Shown one piece after another: positions 44,554 to 53,753 of a DNA stretch of 64,000 bases. Made by a program: the position numbers and the translations under genes. Under the pieces are notes generated by a model. The model was not told the DNA's origin. It did not search any database and was given only the letters and a program-made list of their open reading frames with translations. The stretch spans positions 29,016 to 93,015 of the forward strand of contig JACRKU010000013.1 of assembly GCA_016215205.1 (NCBI GenBank). The letters run 5' to 3'. Position 1 is the stretch's first letter. Every line of letters begins with the position of its first letter. The stretch is from Candidatus Yonathbacteria bacterium. Lineage in GTDB: Bacteria; Patescibacteriota; Minisyncoccia; Phycocordibacterales; UBA1550.

Positions 44554-45546
44554 ATGCCAATCGGAATGCCAAATCAAATGTATCAAAATTCAATCTTTTG
44601 GATTGAAATTGACAAGATTAAACCAAACCCTTTTCAACCGCGAAAGGAGTTTGACGAGCACAAGCTTCGCGACCTTGCGGATTCCATAAAACAGTACGGC
44701 ATTTTGCAGCCGCTTGTTGTTACGCGCCGCGAGATTGAAAAGTCCGATGGAGGTCTCGCTGTGGAGTATGAGCTTATCGCAGGAGAGCGCCGTTTACGCG
44801 CGGCGAAAATCGCCGGACTCTCGCAAGTTCCAGTACTTATTCGTATTGGAGAAGAGGGAAAAGAGGAAGAAGACAGGGTGAAGCTTGAGCTCGCCATCAT
44901 TGAAAACTTGCAACGCGAAGACCTAAACCCGGTGGACCGCGCAAAAGCATTTCAGCGTCTTGCCGATGATTTTGGTTTCAAGCATGTGCAAATCGCCGTA
45001 AAAGTAGGCAAGAGCCGCGAGTATGTTTCAAACACATTACGCTTGCTCGCGCTTCCGGAGGAAATGCAGACTGCGCTCGCGGAGCGCAAAATTACCGAGG
45101 GACACACGCGCCCGCTCCTTATGCTTTGCGACCGCAAAGAAGAACAGCTGACGCTCTACAAAGAAATAATTTTCAAAAAGTTGAATGTGCGCGAAGCGGA
45201 GCGTATCGCGCGCCGCATCGCGGTGGAAAAAGTTCGAAAGATAGGGTTAATTGATCCGGAAGTTGCAGAACTCGAACAGGAGCTCACGGAGCGGCTTGGC
45301 ACTCGGGTACAAATTGAAAAGCGAGAAACTGGCGGAAAAATTGTTATCGACTTTTTTTCAAACGATGATGTGCGCAACTTTTTGAAGCGGTTGCACGCGG
45401 AAATGCAGACGGCGCCGCCACTGGGCGAAACTGCCAAAGAAGCGTCAACACCCGCGGCAGCAGACGAGCTTGCAGAAGGCGGGGAAGATGTGATGGAAAA
45501 AGATCCGGACGAGGATATATACAACGTGAAAAATTTCTCGTTGTAA
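44554..45546 (+). CDS. parB: ParB/Spo0J partition protein
   Basis: PNPFQPRK.F, GILQP, IAGERRLRA, ENLQREDL, HTH GKSR..VSN.LRLL. Confidence 0.96.
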   Translation: MPIGMPNQMYQNSIFWIEIDKIKPNPFQPRKEFDEHKLRDLADSIKQYGILQPLVVTRREIEKSDGGLAVEYELIAGERRLRAAKIAGLSQVPVLIRIGEEGKEEEDRVKLELAIIENLQREDLNPVDRAKAFQRLADDFGFKHVQIAVKVGKSREYVSNTLRLLALPEEMQTALAERKITEGHTRPLLMLCDRKEEQLTLYKEIIFKKLNVREAERIARRIAVEKVRKIGLIDPEVAELEQELTERLGTRVQIEKRETGGKIVIDFFSNDDVRNFLKRLHAEMQTAPPLGETAKEASTPAAADELAEGGEDVMEKDPDEDIYNVKNFSL

Positions 45547-45561
45547 GAACATGTTTAGAAG

Positions 45562-45594
45562 ATAGCGGGGTGTCGCGAAGCGACACCCCGCTAT
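45562..45594. terminator. Bidirectional terminator
   Basis: ATAGCGGGGTGTCGC-GAA-GCGACACCCCGCTAT. Confidence 0.85.
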
Positions 45595-45597
45595 TTG

Positions 45598-47082
45598 TCA
45601 TTTCTTTTTGAAAAATTTTTGGGCGATGGCGCCGATTGTGCTCGTCTTGTCAAGATAGATGCGAATGTGTCTCTTTGCCATTGTTGTTTTTGTATAGTCG
45701 AGCCATTTACGCTTTGGGGTCGCGTTTTCTTTTGTCTCAATTTCAACAATATCACCGCTTTTGAGTTTTGTTTCAATGGAGACGAGCTTGCCGTTTATTT
45801 TTGCTCCTGACAAATGGTTGCCTATGTTGGAGTGAATCGCGTAAGCAAAATCTACAGGGCTTGATTCTTCGGGAAGGTCAATGACATCGCCCTTTGGAGT
45901 GAATACGAAAACGCGGTTTTTGAAGAAGTCCATATGCAGATGTTCCATAAATTCATCAGAACCCGCAACTTCCTTTTGCCACTTGGCAAGCTCCTTTACC
46001 CACGCGAGATTTTTATCAATATCCTTGGCGGATTCCCCTTTTTCTTTGTACGCGAGGTGTGAAGCGATACCGAACTGCGCCTCATTGTGCATTTCTTCGG
46101 TACGAATTTGTATTTCAATAATGCCGCCGTCCCCGCGGAAAATAGTGGTGTGGAGCGAGCGGTAGCCGTTTGTTTTTGGTACAGCGATGTAGTCTTTGAT
46201 GCGGCCGGAAACCGGGCGCCAGTGCTTGTGAATGATGCCGAGTGCCCGATAGCAGTCTTCCATAGACTTCACAATTACCCGCACGGCGAGAATGTCGAAT
46301 ACTTTGTCCGGGTCCATATCTTTGCGCGCGAGTTTTTTCCACAAACTAAAAAGATTTTTTACGCGGTAGTCCACGCGTGCGGTTTTGAGACCGTTTGCGG
46401 CAAGTTCTTTTTGAATAGAGCGATGAATTTTTTCGGCATACTTTTCATCGGCAATCCGCTTATTCTTGATGATGGCGAGGACTTGCCCGTGTTCTTTTGG
46501 ATAAGCATAAGGGAAGGCCGCATCTTCAAAGATTGCTTTCCATTTTCCCATACCAAAACGGTCGGCGAGGCGCGCGTGAATTTCAAGTGTTTCAAGCGCT
46601 ATACGCGCTCGTTTTGCTTCGGGCACATGTTCAAGAGTTTGTATATTGTGCAGACGGTCGGCGAGTTTAATTAAAAGCACGCGAATGTCGTGAGACATTG
46701 CAATAAAAAATTTACGCAAACTTTCCACGTGACGCTCCACGCCGTGATACTTGAGTTTGCCGAGTTTGGTGACACCTTCAACAAGCGTAAGCACTTCTTT
46801 GCCAAACTCTTGCTCTATTATTTTTGGCGAAACATTCGCATCTTCTATTGTGTCATGAAGGAATCCTGCCGCGATTGTCGGTGCATCGACATGAATCTGC
46901 GCAAGGTTTACGCCTACATGGGCGACATGGTTGAAGTATGGTTCGCCAGAGTAACGTTTTTGTCCCGCGTGCGCTTTCTCTGCAAACGCGTATGCTTTTT
47001 CGATAAGCTCGCGATCGCTCTTGGTCGGCGACTTCATAAGAGCAATAATTTCATCGACTGAAGGATATGACGGATGAGACAT
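45598..47082 (-). CDS. rel: RelA/SpoT homolog (HD + synthetase + TGS; no ZFD/ACT)
   Basis: H.GQ.R.SGEPY, LHDTIED, KLADRLHN, RIKDY, YRSLHT, EIQIRT, VFTPKG, DFAYAIHS. Confidence 0.95.
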   Translation of the reverse strand: MSHPSYPSVDEIIALMKSPTKSDRELIEKAYAFAEKAHAGQKRYSGEPYFNHVAHVGVNLAQIHVDAPTIAAGFLHDTIEDANVSPKIIEQEFGKEVLTLVEGVTKLGKLKYHGVERHVESLRKFFIAMSHDIRVLLIKLADRLHNIQTLEHVPEAKRARIALETLEIHARLADRFGMGKWKAIFEDAAFPYAYPKEHGQVLAIIKNKRIADEKYAEKIHRSIQKELAANGLKTARVDYRVKNLFSLWKKLARKDMDPDKVFDILAVRVIVKSMEDCYRALGIIHKHWRPVSGRIKDYIAVPKTNGYRSLHTTIFRGDGGIIEIQIRTEEMHNEAQFGIASHLAYKEKGESAKDIDKNLAWVKELAKWQKEVAGSDEFMEHLHMDFFKNRVFVFTPKGDVIDLPEESSPVDFAYAIHSNIGNHLSGAKINGKLVSIETKLKSGDIVEIETKENATPKRKWLDYTKTTMAKRHIRIYLDKTSTIGAIAQKFFKKK

Positions 47083-47103
47083 CTTTTTATCTTATGGGAA
47101 TGT

Positions 47104-47163
47104 GTAAGGAAAAGCAAACACCCAGCCTGTCATCTGACAGGCTGGGTGTTTGCTTTTCCTTAC
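47104..47163. terminator. Perfect 29-bp-arm inverted repeat after the duplicated topA end
   Basis: GTAAGGAAAAGCAAACACCCAGCCTGTCA-tc-reverse complement. Confidence 0.85.
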
Positions 47164-47236
47164 TTCGTTTTCTCCAATTTGTGGGGTTTATGATTTGGGC
47201 ACAATTTGTTTGAGCAGCGTTCCGGAATTGTCTTCG
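47160..47236 (-). repeat. Second copy of the last 24 codons and stop of topA
   Basis: 47188-47236 identical (49 bp) to 47402-47450; encodes KTIPERCSNKLCPNHKPHKLEKTK*. Confidence 0.95.
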
Positions 47237-47373
47237 GTCACGAGTTACTAAGTCTGCTTGAGTGATTACACTCTGCGCGGACTAAGTACTCTCGACCCCG
47301 GCTCGGCTCCCTCGCAAGAGCCTCGGGATGCCTCCGCCCCACGAAGACGATTTGCGCATGCGGTGCATGCTTC
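47237..47373 (-). mobile_element. Structured non-coding element between duplicated topA 3' ends
   Basis: Shares CGAGCCGGGGTCG and the two-hairpin architecture with the tRNA-Glu element. Confidence 0.65.
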
Positions 47374-49560
47374 CTATTTAGACTTCTCCAGTTTATGCGG
47401 ATTATGATTTGGGCACAATTTGTTTGAGCAGCGTTCCGGAATTGTCTTCGTGCCGAGCATCATAAGCGACCCGCACAAGTCGCATACTTTCCCCGTTGGT
47501 TTTGCTTTGATGGCATACTTGCAGTCAGGGTAGTTTGTACAACTATAGAAAATTCCGAAGCGACCTTTGCGTTCGGTCATAAAACCTTTTTTACAAACAG
47601 GGCATGGAACGCCCGTGTGGTTTAGGAGTGCGGCCGTCTCGTCTTTTTTAATAAATTTGCATTTTGGGTAACTTCCGCAGGCAATGAATCTTCCAAAGCG
47701 GCCGTCGCGTTCGACGAGATTTACCTTTCCGCATTTTGGACAAAGCTCGCCCGTGTCGCGCGGGCCGGCGAGCTCGGTGCCGTCTATCATGCGCGCGCCA
47801 ACACACTCGGGATAATTTTTACACGAGAGAAATTTCCCCGTGCGCGCGAGCTTTATAATCATCGGACCGTTGCATTTTGGACACTTGTGTTTTGGGTCTG
47901 CGTCGCCGAGCGTGGTGAGTTTGTCAATCTTGTCTTTTGATTTCACTTCTTTCAAAAATGGTCCGTAAAATTCTTTGAGTACTTTCACATACTCGCGCTC
48001 GCCGTTCGCAATATCATCAAGCTTGTCTTCCATTTCGGCAGTGAACACGTCACTGATGTAGTTTGCAAAATGAGCCTCTAGGAACGAACTCACCACATCG
48101 CCAGTGTCGGTGGGCTTGAGAGCTTTGCTATCTTTAATGACATAGCCGCGGTCAATTATCGTCTTGATGATAGACGCGTATGTGGAAGGGCGGCCGATAT
48201 CGCGTTTTTCGAGCTCTTTCACAAGCCCCGCTTCGGAGTAGCGTGGAGGCGGCTCAGTGAACTTTGCTTCGTCATCCAGAGAAAGAAGGATGAGCGATTC
48301 ACCTGAGGTCAACTTTGGCAGCTCCACATCCTCACCGCGCGAGTCTGTGTCTGCGGCGAGCCAACCTGGCATAATGACGCGAGAACCGGTAACGGAAAAA
48401 TTGGGTATTGAAAAATCACGGACATTGGCGAGAATGGTTGTGCGGGCGAGTTTTGCGTCAATCATCTGCGATGCGATGGTACGCGCCCAGATGAGTCGAT
48501 AAAGTTTTTTCTCTTCAGGGTTGATACCGAGGTCGTCCTTGCTCATGTCGGTGGGGCGAATAGCTTCGTGCGCCTCTTGCGCATTTTTGCTTTTAGTTTT
48601 AAACACGCGTGCTTCCGCGGATTGCGCGCCGTATCTCTTTGTTACTTCAGCGATGACGGCTTTTTGCGCGTCTAAAGAGAGTGTTGTGCTATCGGTACGC
48701 ATATATGTTATGAAACCCCTTTCGTAAAGTTTTTGAGCGATACCCATCGTGCGTGACGGCGCAAAGCCAAAACGCGAAGAGCCTGCTTGTTGAAGTGTGG
48801 ATGTAATGAACGGCGCTTTTGGCGCACGACTGACTTCGCTTTCTTTTACTTCTCGCACAACCCACTGATTTGCGCGCCCGATTTTTAAAATATTTTTTAC
48901 GATTGACTCATCACGCGGCTCCTCCGTACACGAAAGTAGAAGCTCAACACCTTTTCCCGTCTTTACTTTTGCGCTGAGCGACCAGTACGCCTCGGGAATA
49001 AACGCGCGGATTTCACGCTCGCGCTCCATAATGATGCGGAGGGCGGGGGACTGCACTCGCCCAGCCGAAAGACCGTAGCGTACTTTTTTCCAGATGAGCC
49101 CCGAGAGGTCATAGCCCACGAGCCGGTCGAGCACACGACGCGCCTCCTGAGCAACGCGCAAGTTTTCATCAATTAAGCGCGGATGCTTGAGAGCCTCTTC
49201 AATCGCACTTTTTGTAATTTCGTGAAAAACAATTCGCTTTGGTTTTTTCAAACCGCACGCTTCTTTGATGTGCCATGCTATAGCCTCGCCTTCGCGGTCA
49301 GGGTCGGTCGCAAGAAGCACTTCGCTCGCTTTTTTTGCAAGCACATCAATCTCGTGTACCACCTCGGCTTTACCTTTTGAAATTTCATAATGCGGAATAA
49401 AGCCGCCGGGGATGTCGATAGCTTTCTTATTGCTCTTTGGAAGGTCGCGAATATGCCCCACGCTCGCTTTTACGACATATTCGTTGCCCAAATATTTTCC
49501 AATCGTCTTCGCTTTTGACGGCGACTCGACAATGAGAAGTTTGTATTGTTTAACGGTCAT
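47374..49560 (-). CDS. topA: DNA topoisomerase I (type IA) with C-terminal zinc ribbons
   Basis: IVESPSKAK, ATDPDREGE, SAGRVQS, ITYMRTDS, AHEAIRPT, GRPSTYA. Confidence 0.99.
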   Translation of the reverse strand: MTVKQYKLLIVESPSKAKTIGKYLGNEYVVKASVGHIRDLPKSNKKAIDIPGGFIPHYEISKGKAEVVHEIDVLAKKASEVLLATDPDREGEAIAWHIKEACGLKKPKRIVFHEITKSAIEEALKHPRLIDENLRVAQEARRVLDRLVGYDLSGLIWKKVRYGLSAGRVQSPALRIIMEREREIRAFIPEAYWSLSAKVKTGKGVELLLSCTEEPRDESIVKNILKIGRANQWVVREVKESEVSRAPKAPFITSTLQQAGSSRFGFAPSRTMGIAQKLYERGFITYMRTDSTTLSLDAQKAVIAEVTKRYGAQSAEARVFKTKSKNAQEAHEAIRPTDMSKDDLGINPEEKKLYRLIWARTIASQMIDAKLARTTILANVRDFSIPNFSVTGSRVIMPGWLAADTDSRGEDVELPKLTSGESLILLSLDDEAKFTEPPPRYSEAGLVKELEKRDIGRPSTYASIIKTIIDRGYVIKDSKALKPTDTGDVVSSFLEAHFANYISDVFTAEMEDKLDDIANGEREYVKVLKEFYGPFLKEVKSKDKIDKLTTLGDADPKHKCPKCNGPMIIKLARTGKFLSCKNYPECVGARMIDGTELAGPRDTGELCPKCGKVNLVERDGRFGRFIACGSYPKCKFIKKDETAALLNHTGVPCPVCKKGFMTERKGRFGIFYSCTNYPDCKYAIKAKPTGKVCDLCGSLMMLGTKTIPERCSNKLCPNHNPHKLEKSK

Positions 49561-49599
49561 TGAGATACATTAGTACTATAGAGTGATTTATTTTGCAAA

Positions 49600-50475
49600 T
49601 TATTTAACTTTTTCTATTTTTCCCATTCGTTCTTGAATCACGCCTTTGATTTCTAAAACAGTAAGAATGGAAAGTGTTTGCGCGGGCGGAGTGTCGAGCG
49701 ATGCGAGAAGTTCCTCGCGCTCGCGGGGCTCATCTAATAGTATGAGCACCGCTTGTTCTTCGCGGGTAAAAAGCGTGAGGTCGAGGGTGCCGATAGCTTG
49801 TTCTATAAAACCAAGCTCCTCAAGTAAATTCTTTGCCGATGTGATAGGTGTCGCGCCTTGGCGCAATAAATTGTTTGTACCTTTTGATGTTGCTGAAAAA
49901 ATAGGTCCCGGAACCACAAATACATTTCTATTGTAGTCGAGTGCCATGCGTGCAGTGATAAGCGTTCCCGACTTTTCCTCAGCTTCTATGATAAGTACTC
50001 CTTGTGAGAGCCCAGCCATGATTCTGTTTCGCTGGGGGAAGCTCCACGGTGCTGCGCGGAAGTCTGGTTCGTATTCAGAAAGAAGCGCTCCGTCATTTTT
50101 GACAATCTCACGGGCGAGGTTTAAATGCGTACGCGGGTAAATAACTTTCGGATTAAGGCCTGAGCCGGGGATGGCGACCGTGCGAAGCCCTGCGTCTAGT
50201 GCGGCACGATGCGCAATGCCGTCGATCCCCATAGCAAGCCCCGACACGATACAAATAGGATACCCCGCAAGCCCCTTGATAATCCGCTCGCACGCCTCGC
50301 GCCCGTAGCTCGTGTATTTCCGTGAGCCCACGACCGACAAATAGTAGTAATCGGCAGGATCTGGAAGTTTCCCCGCGAGGAAGAGCTTTTCAGGAACTTG
50401 TGGAATTTCTAGCAGAGCAGGCGGGAATTCGTCCTGCGGAAGCGTACTTATCGCATACAAATGTGCATCGCTCAT
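49600..50475 (-). CDS. dprA: DNA processing protein DprA
   Basis: VVGSR, VSGLAMGID, FPQRNRI, SGTLITA; start ATG 50475 (alternative 50487). Confidence 0.96.
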   Translation of the reverse strand: MSDAHLYAISTLPQDEFPPALLEIPQVPEKLFLAGKLPDPADYYYLSVVGSRKYTSYGREACERIIKGLAGYPICIVSGLAMGIDGIAHRAALDAGLRTVAIPGSGLNPKVIYPRTHLNLAREIVKNDGALLSEYEPDFRAAPWSFPQRNRIMAGLSQGVLIIEAEEKSGTLITARMALDYNRNVFVVPGPIFSATSKGTNNLLRQGATPITSAKNLLEELGFIEQAIGTLDLTLFTREEQAVLILLDEPREREELLASLDTPPAQTLSILTVLEIKGVIQERMGKIEKVK

Positions 50476-50518
50476 AATTTTACTCATTCTATCATGTTTG
50501 CTATACTCAGTCATACAT

Positions 50519-51784
50519 ATGTTGGACATCAAATTCATTCGTGAAAATGCAGACCTTGTGAAAGCGGCAGCGGTTAAAAAGAACATTGCCTTTGATGTGG
50601 CGGAGCTTTTGGCTGCGGATGATTCTCGCCGCACTCTTCTACTTGAAGTAGAAACAATGCGCAGTAAACAAAACGAAATTGCAAATGCCGTACCGCGCGC
50701 CACAGACACCAAAGAACGCGAACGCCTGATTTCTGAATCAAAATCAATGAAAGATGTCCTTCAAAAAAAAGAAGTCGAGCTTCAGGAAGTGATGAAAACA
50801 TGGCACGGGCTTATGGTGCAGGTGCCTAATATTCCCGATGTGTCGGTGCCGGAAGGCAAAGAAGATTCTGACAATGTGGAAGTGCGCACATGGGGCTCAA
50901 TTCCGAAATTTGATTTTACTCCCAAAGACCACATTGAACTTTTTGAAAAACACGGTATGGCGGACTTTGAGCGCGGCACAAAAGTTGCCGGTTTTCGCGG
51001 ATATGTTTTGAAGAGCGATGGCGCGCGGCTTGTTTTTGCTCTTTCGCAATTTGTACTCAACGAACTTTCAAAAGAAGGATTTGAGCCGATGATTGTGCCA
51101 TCACTCGTGCGTCGTGCGCCACTTATTGGTACCGGTTTTTTGCCGCAAGGAGAAGAAGATTTATATAAAACACAGGATGGCGACTTTCTTGCGGGCACTG
51201 CCGAGGTGGCAACGATGGGCTACCACATGGATGAAGTTTTGAACATCTCTGATTTTCCGAAAAAATATATTTCATTCTCGCCGAGTTTTAGGCGCGAAGC
51301 GGGAAGCCACAGCAAAGACACAAAAGGACTTATCCGTGTCCACGAGTTTTTCAAATGGGAGCAAGTCATTTTGTGCGAGGCAAGCCATGAGCAAAGCGTA
51401 AAATTCCACGAATACCTCACCGAAAACTCCGAAAAGCTGATGCAGAAACTCGGCATTCCGTATCACATAGTATTGAACTGCGGCGGCGACCTTGGTCTCG
51501 GTCAAGTAAAGAAATACGACATTGAAGCATGGGTTCCTTCGCAAAACACCTACCGCGAGACGCACTCCGCTTCATACTTTCATGATTTTCAAACACGCCG
51601 CCTGAACATTCGCTACAAGGATGCCAACGGCAAGCTTCGTTTTGCGCACTCGCTCAATAACACAGCCATTGCGATGCCGCGCATTCTTGTGCCGCTTGTT
51701 GAAAATTTCCAGCAGGCGGATGGTAGCATTACTATCCCCGAAGTTCTGCGTCCATATATGGGCGGGAAACATAAGATTGGGTAG
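50519..51784 (+). CDS. serS: Serine-tRNA ligase
   Basis: MLDIKFIREN, GTAEV, FRREAG, GLIRVHEF.K.E, HSLNNT. Confidence 0.98.
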   Translation: MLDIKFIRENADLVKAAAVKKNIAFDVAELLAADDSRRTLLLEVETMRSKQNEIANAVPRATDTKERERLISESKSMKDVLQKKEVELQEVMKTWHGLMVQVPNIPDVSVPEGKEDSDNVEVRTWGSIPKFDFTPKDHIELFEKHGMADFERGTKVAGFRGYVLKSDGARLVFALSQFVLNELSKEGFEPMIVPSLVRRAPLIGTGFLPQGEEDLYKTQDGDFLAGTAEVATMGYHMDEVLNISDFPKKYISFSPSFRREAGSHSKDTKGLIRVHEFFKWEQVILCEASHEQSVKFHEYLTENSEKLMQKLGIPYHIVLNCGGDLGLGQVKKYDIEAWVPSQNTYRETHSASYFHDFQTRRLNIRYKDANGKLRFAHSLNNTAIAMPRILVPLVENFQQADGSITIPEVLRPYMGGKHKIG

Positions 51785-51850
51785 TATACCATCCTCAAAA
51801 AATCTATGTACAGTTATTCAAAAATTTTTTGAGGATGGTATAATTTAAAT

Positions 51851-52711
51851 ATGACACGCTTTGGCAATCTCTTTGCGCGCCTTCACGATCAATTTGGTGT
51901 ATGGTTTAGTCGAATGTTTATTATAGCCCTTCTTTCTTTTTTGTTTTTTGTCGCACTGGGCGGCGTATCACACAATAGTAAGTGGCAAATTTTCCAAATT
52001 AAGGTAACAGGGGCAACCACTATTTCTTCGGACACAGTACGCTCGCTCGCACTTGAAAAGATTCTTGGAAATTATTTTCTTGTGTATGCGCGGAATAACA
52101 GCTTTTTGTTTCCTATTGGAGAAATAGAACAATCGCTTCTTGATTTGTATCCACAGATTGCGAGTGTTTCAGTAAATCGCATTGATGATCATTCTATAGT
52201 AATAAATATTTCTGAACGCAAGCCGTACGCGCTATGGTGCGGGGAAGAATTTAGTTTGATACCGCGCGAACTTATTGATTGTTGGTTTATCGATAACAAT
52301 GGTTTTATATTTGACCAAGCGCCGGTGTTTTCTAGCGGGGTTTATCTTGAGGTATATTCCAAATTAATTGAAAAAAACGAGGGTGAGCCATTGCGCGCCG
52401 GAGTTCCTTATGAGCGATTTTATGCCGCGGATTCTTTTGTAAAACTTTTGCGCGAGGAAGTCGGCGAGCCGCTTCGCGTCAGTTTGAAACCCGAAGGAGA
52501 AGCCGAGGTTACTTTGCGCACGAGCGCGATATACCCGTTTCTTGCTGGAGTCATCGTACGATTCAAAGACGAAGAGATTCCGCAAACGCTCGTAAAAACT
52601 TTGCGCGCGGCAATTTCCAGAGAGTTTCCCGATAACACAGCGTTAAAAAAGAAGCTTCTTTACATTGATATGCGCTTTGGAAATAAAATTTTCTTTGGGT
52701 TTGAAAACTGA
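51851..52711 (+). CDS. ftsQ: FtsQ/DivIB-like protein
   Basis: TM, POTRA-like region, I.I.ER.P, D..G, C-terminal YIDMRF. Confidence 0.78.
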   Translation: MTRFGNLFARLHDQFGVWFSRMFIIALLSFLFFVALGGVSHNSKWQIFQIKVTGATTISSDTVRSLALEKILGNYFLVYARNNSFLFPIGEIEQSLLDLYPQIASVSVNRIDDHSIVINISERKPYALWCGEEFSLIPRELIDCWFIDNNGFIFDQAPVFSSGVYLEVYSKLIEKNEGEPLRAGVPYERFYAADSFVKLLREEVGEPLRVSLKPEGEAEVTLRTSAIYPFLAGVIVRFKDEEIPQTLVKTLRAAISREFPDNTALKKKLLYIDMRFGNKIFFGFEN

Positions 52712-52734
52712 CAAACTGTGCTAGAGTATCCGCA

Positions 52735-53733
52735 ATGAATAATGACACCCAAAAACCAATTATGGGGTTCTGGGCAAACTTGCCAAAACCATTTTTTGTG
52801 TCTGCGCCAATGGCGGATGTAACAGATGCGGCGTTTCGTCAGATGATTGCAAAGTACAGCAGACACGGTGAGAAGGGCGGTGGGCCTGATGTATTTTGGA
52901 CGGAATTTGTTTCTGCAGATGGTCTCTGTAGCGCAGGGCGCGAAGCTTTGAAACGCGATCTCGCGTTTAGCGACCGCGAGCATCCAATCATTGCGCAGAT
53001 TTTTGGTTCTACGCCGGAGCACATGAAAAAGACCGCACAGCTCATCAAGGAACTTGGATTTGATGGCATTGATATCAATATGGGTTGCCCCGATAAAAGT
53101 ATCGAGAAGCAAGGAGCCGGTGCGGCGCATATAAAGAACCCGAAACTTGCGCAAGAAATTATTCGCGCGACAATAGAGGGCGCAGGAGGACTTCCCGTGT
53201 CGGTCAAAACTCGCATCGGGTACAACAAAGAAAATCTTGAAGAGTGGCTTGGCGCGATACTTGAAACAAAACCAGCGGCCATCACTGTGCATGCGCGTAC
53301 GCGCAAAGAGCTTTCGCTTGTGCCTGCGCGTTGGGAGGAAGTTCGGCGCGCCGTGAAGCTCGCCCGAGGCACAGGCACACTTATTATTGGCAATGGAGAT
53401 GTGAAGGACATTGACGATGCAAACGAGAAAGCGTTGACAACGGGCGCAGACGGCGTGATGCTTGGTCGCGCGATGTTTGGCACACCGTGGCTTTTTGACC
53501 GGCTCCGCAAATGGCCGCCGACTCTTGAAGAAAAATTTGAAATACTCATCGAACACACCCATCTTTTTGAAAAACTTTTGGGCGATATTAAAAACTTCGC
53601 GATTATGAAAAAGCATTACAAGGCGTATGTGAACGGTTTTGATGGCGCGAAAGAGCTTCGCGTGAGAATAATGGACGCGAAAAATGCCGACGAGGTAGAG
53701 CGCATTGTCCGCGATTTTCTCAAGTCACTTTAG
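52735..53733 (+). CDS. dus: tRNA-dihydrouridine synthase
   Basis: APMADVTD, QIFG, IDINMGCP, VSVKTR, VHART, GNGD, MLGR. Confidence 0.96.
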   Translation: MNNDTQKPIMGFWANLPKPFFVSAPMADVTDAAFRQMIAKYSRHGEKGGGPDVFWTEFVSADGLCSAGREALKRDLAFSDREHPIIAQIFGSTPEHMKKTAQLIKELGFDGIDINMGCPDKSIEKQGAGAAHIKNPKLAQEIIRATIEGAGGLPVSVKTRIGYNKENLEEWLGAILETKPAAITVHARTRKELSLVPARWEEVRRAVKLARGTGTLIIGNGDVKDIDDANEKALTTGADGVMLGRAMFGTPWLFDRLRKWPPTLEEKFEILIEHTHLFEKLLGDIKNFAIMKKHYKAYVNGFDGAKELRVRIMDAKNADEVERIVRDFLKSL

Positions 53734-53753
53734 TTTGTTATACTATTGTTACA

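Noticed and set aside
50476-50712. N-terminal extension of DprA in the ORF track
   Set aside because: Overlaps serS antisense; homology and a -10 box support the start at 50475.
52660-53616. Long antisense ORFs (e.g. 318 aa opposite dus, 279 aa opposite pbp2, 270 aa at 39467-40279, 220 aa opposite smc)
   Set aside because: They shadow well-supported genes on the other strand and have no recognisable motifs.
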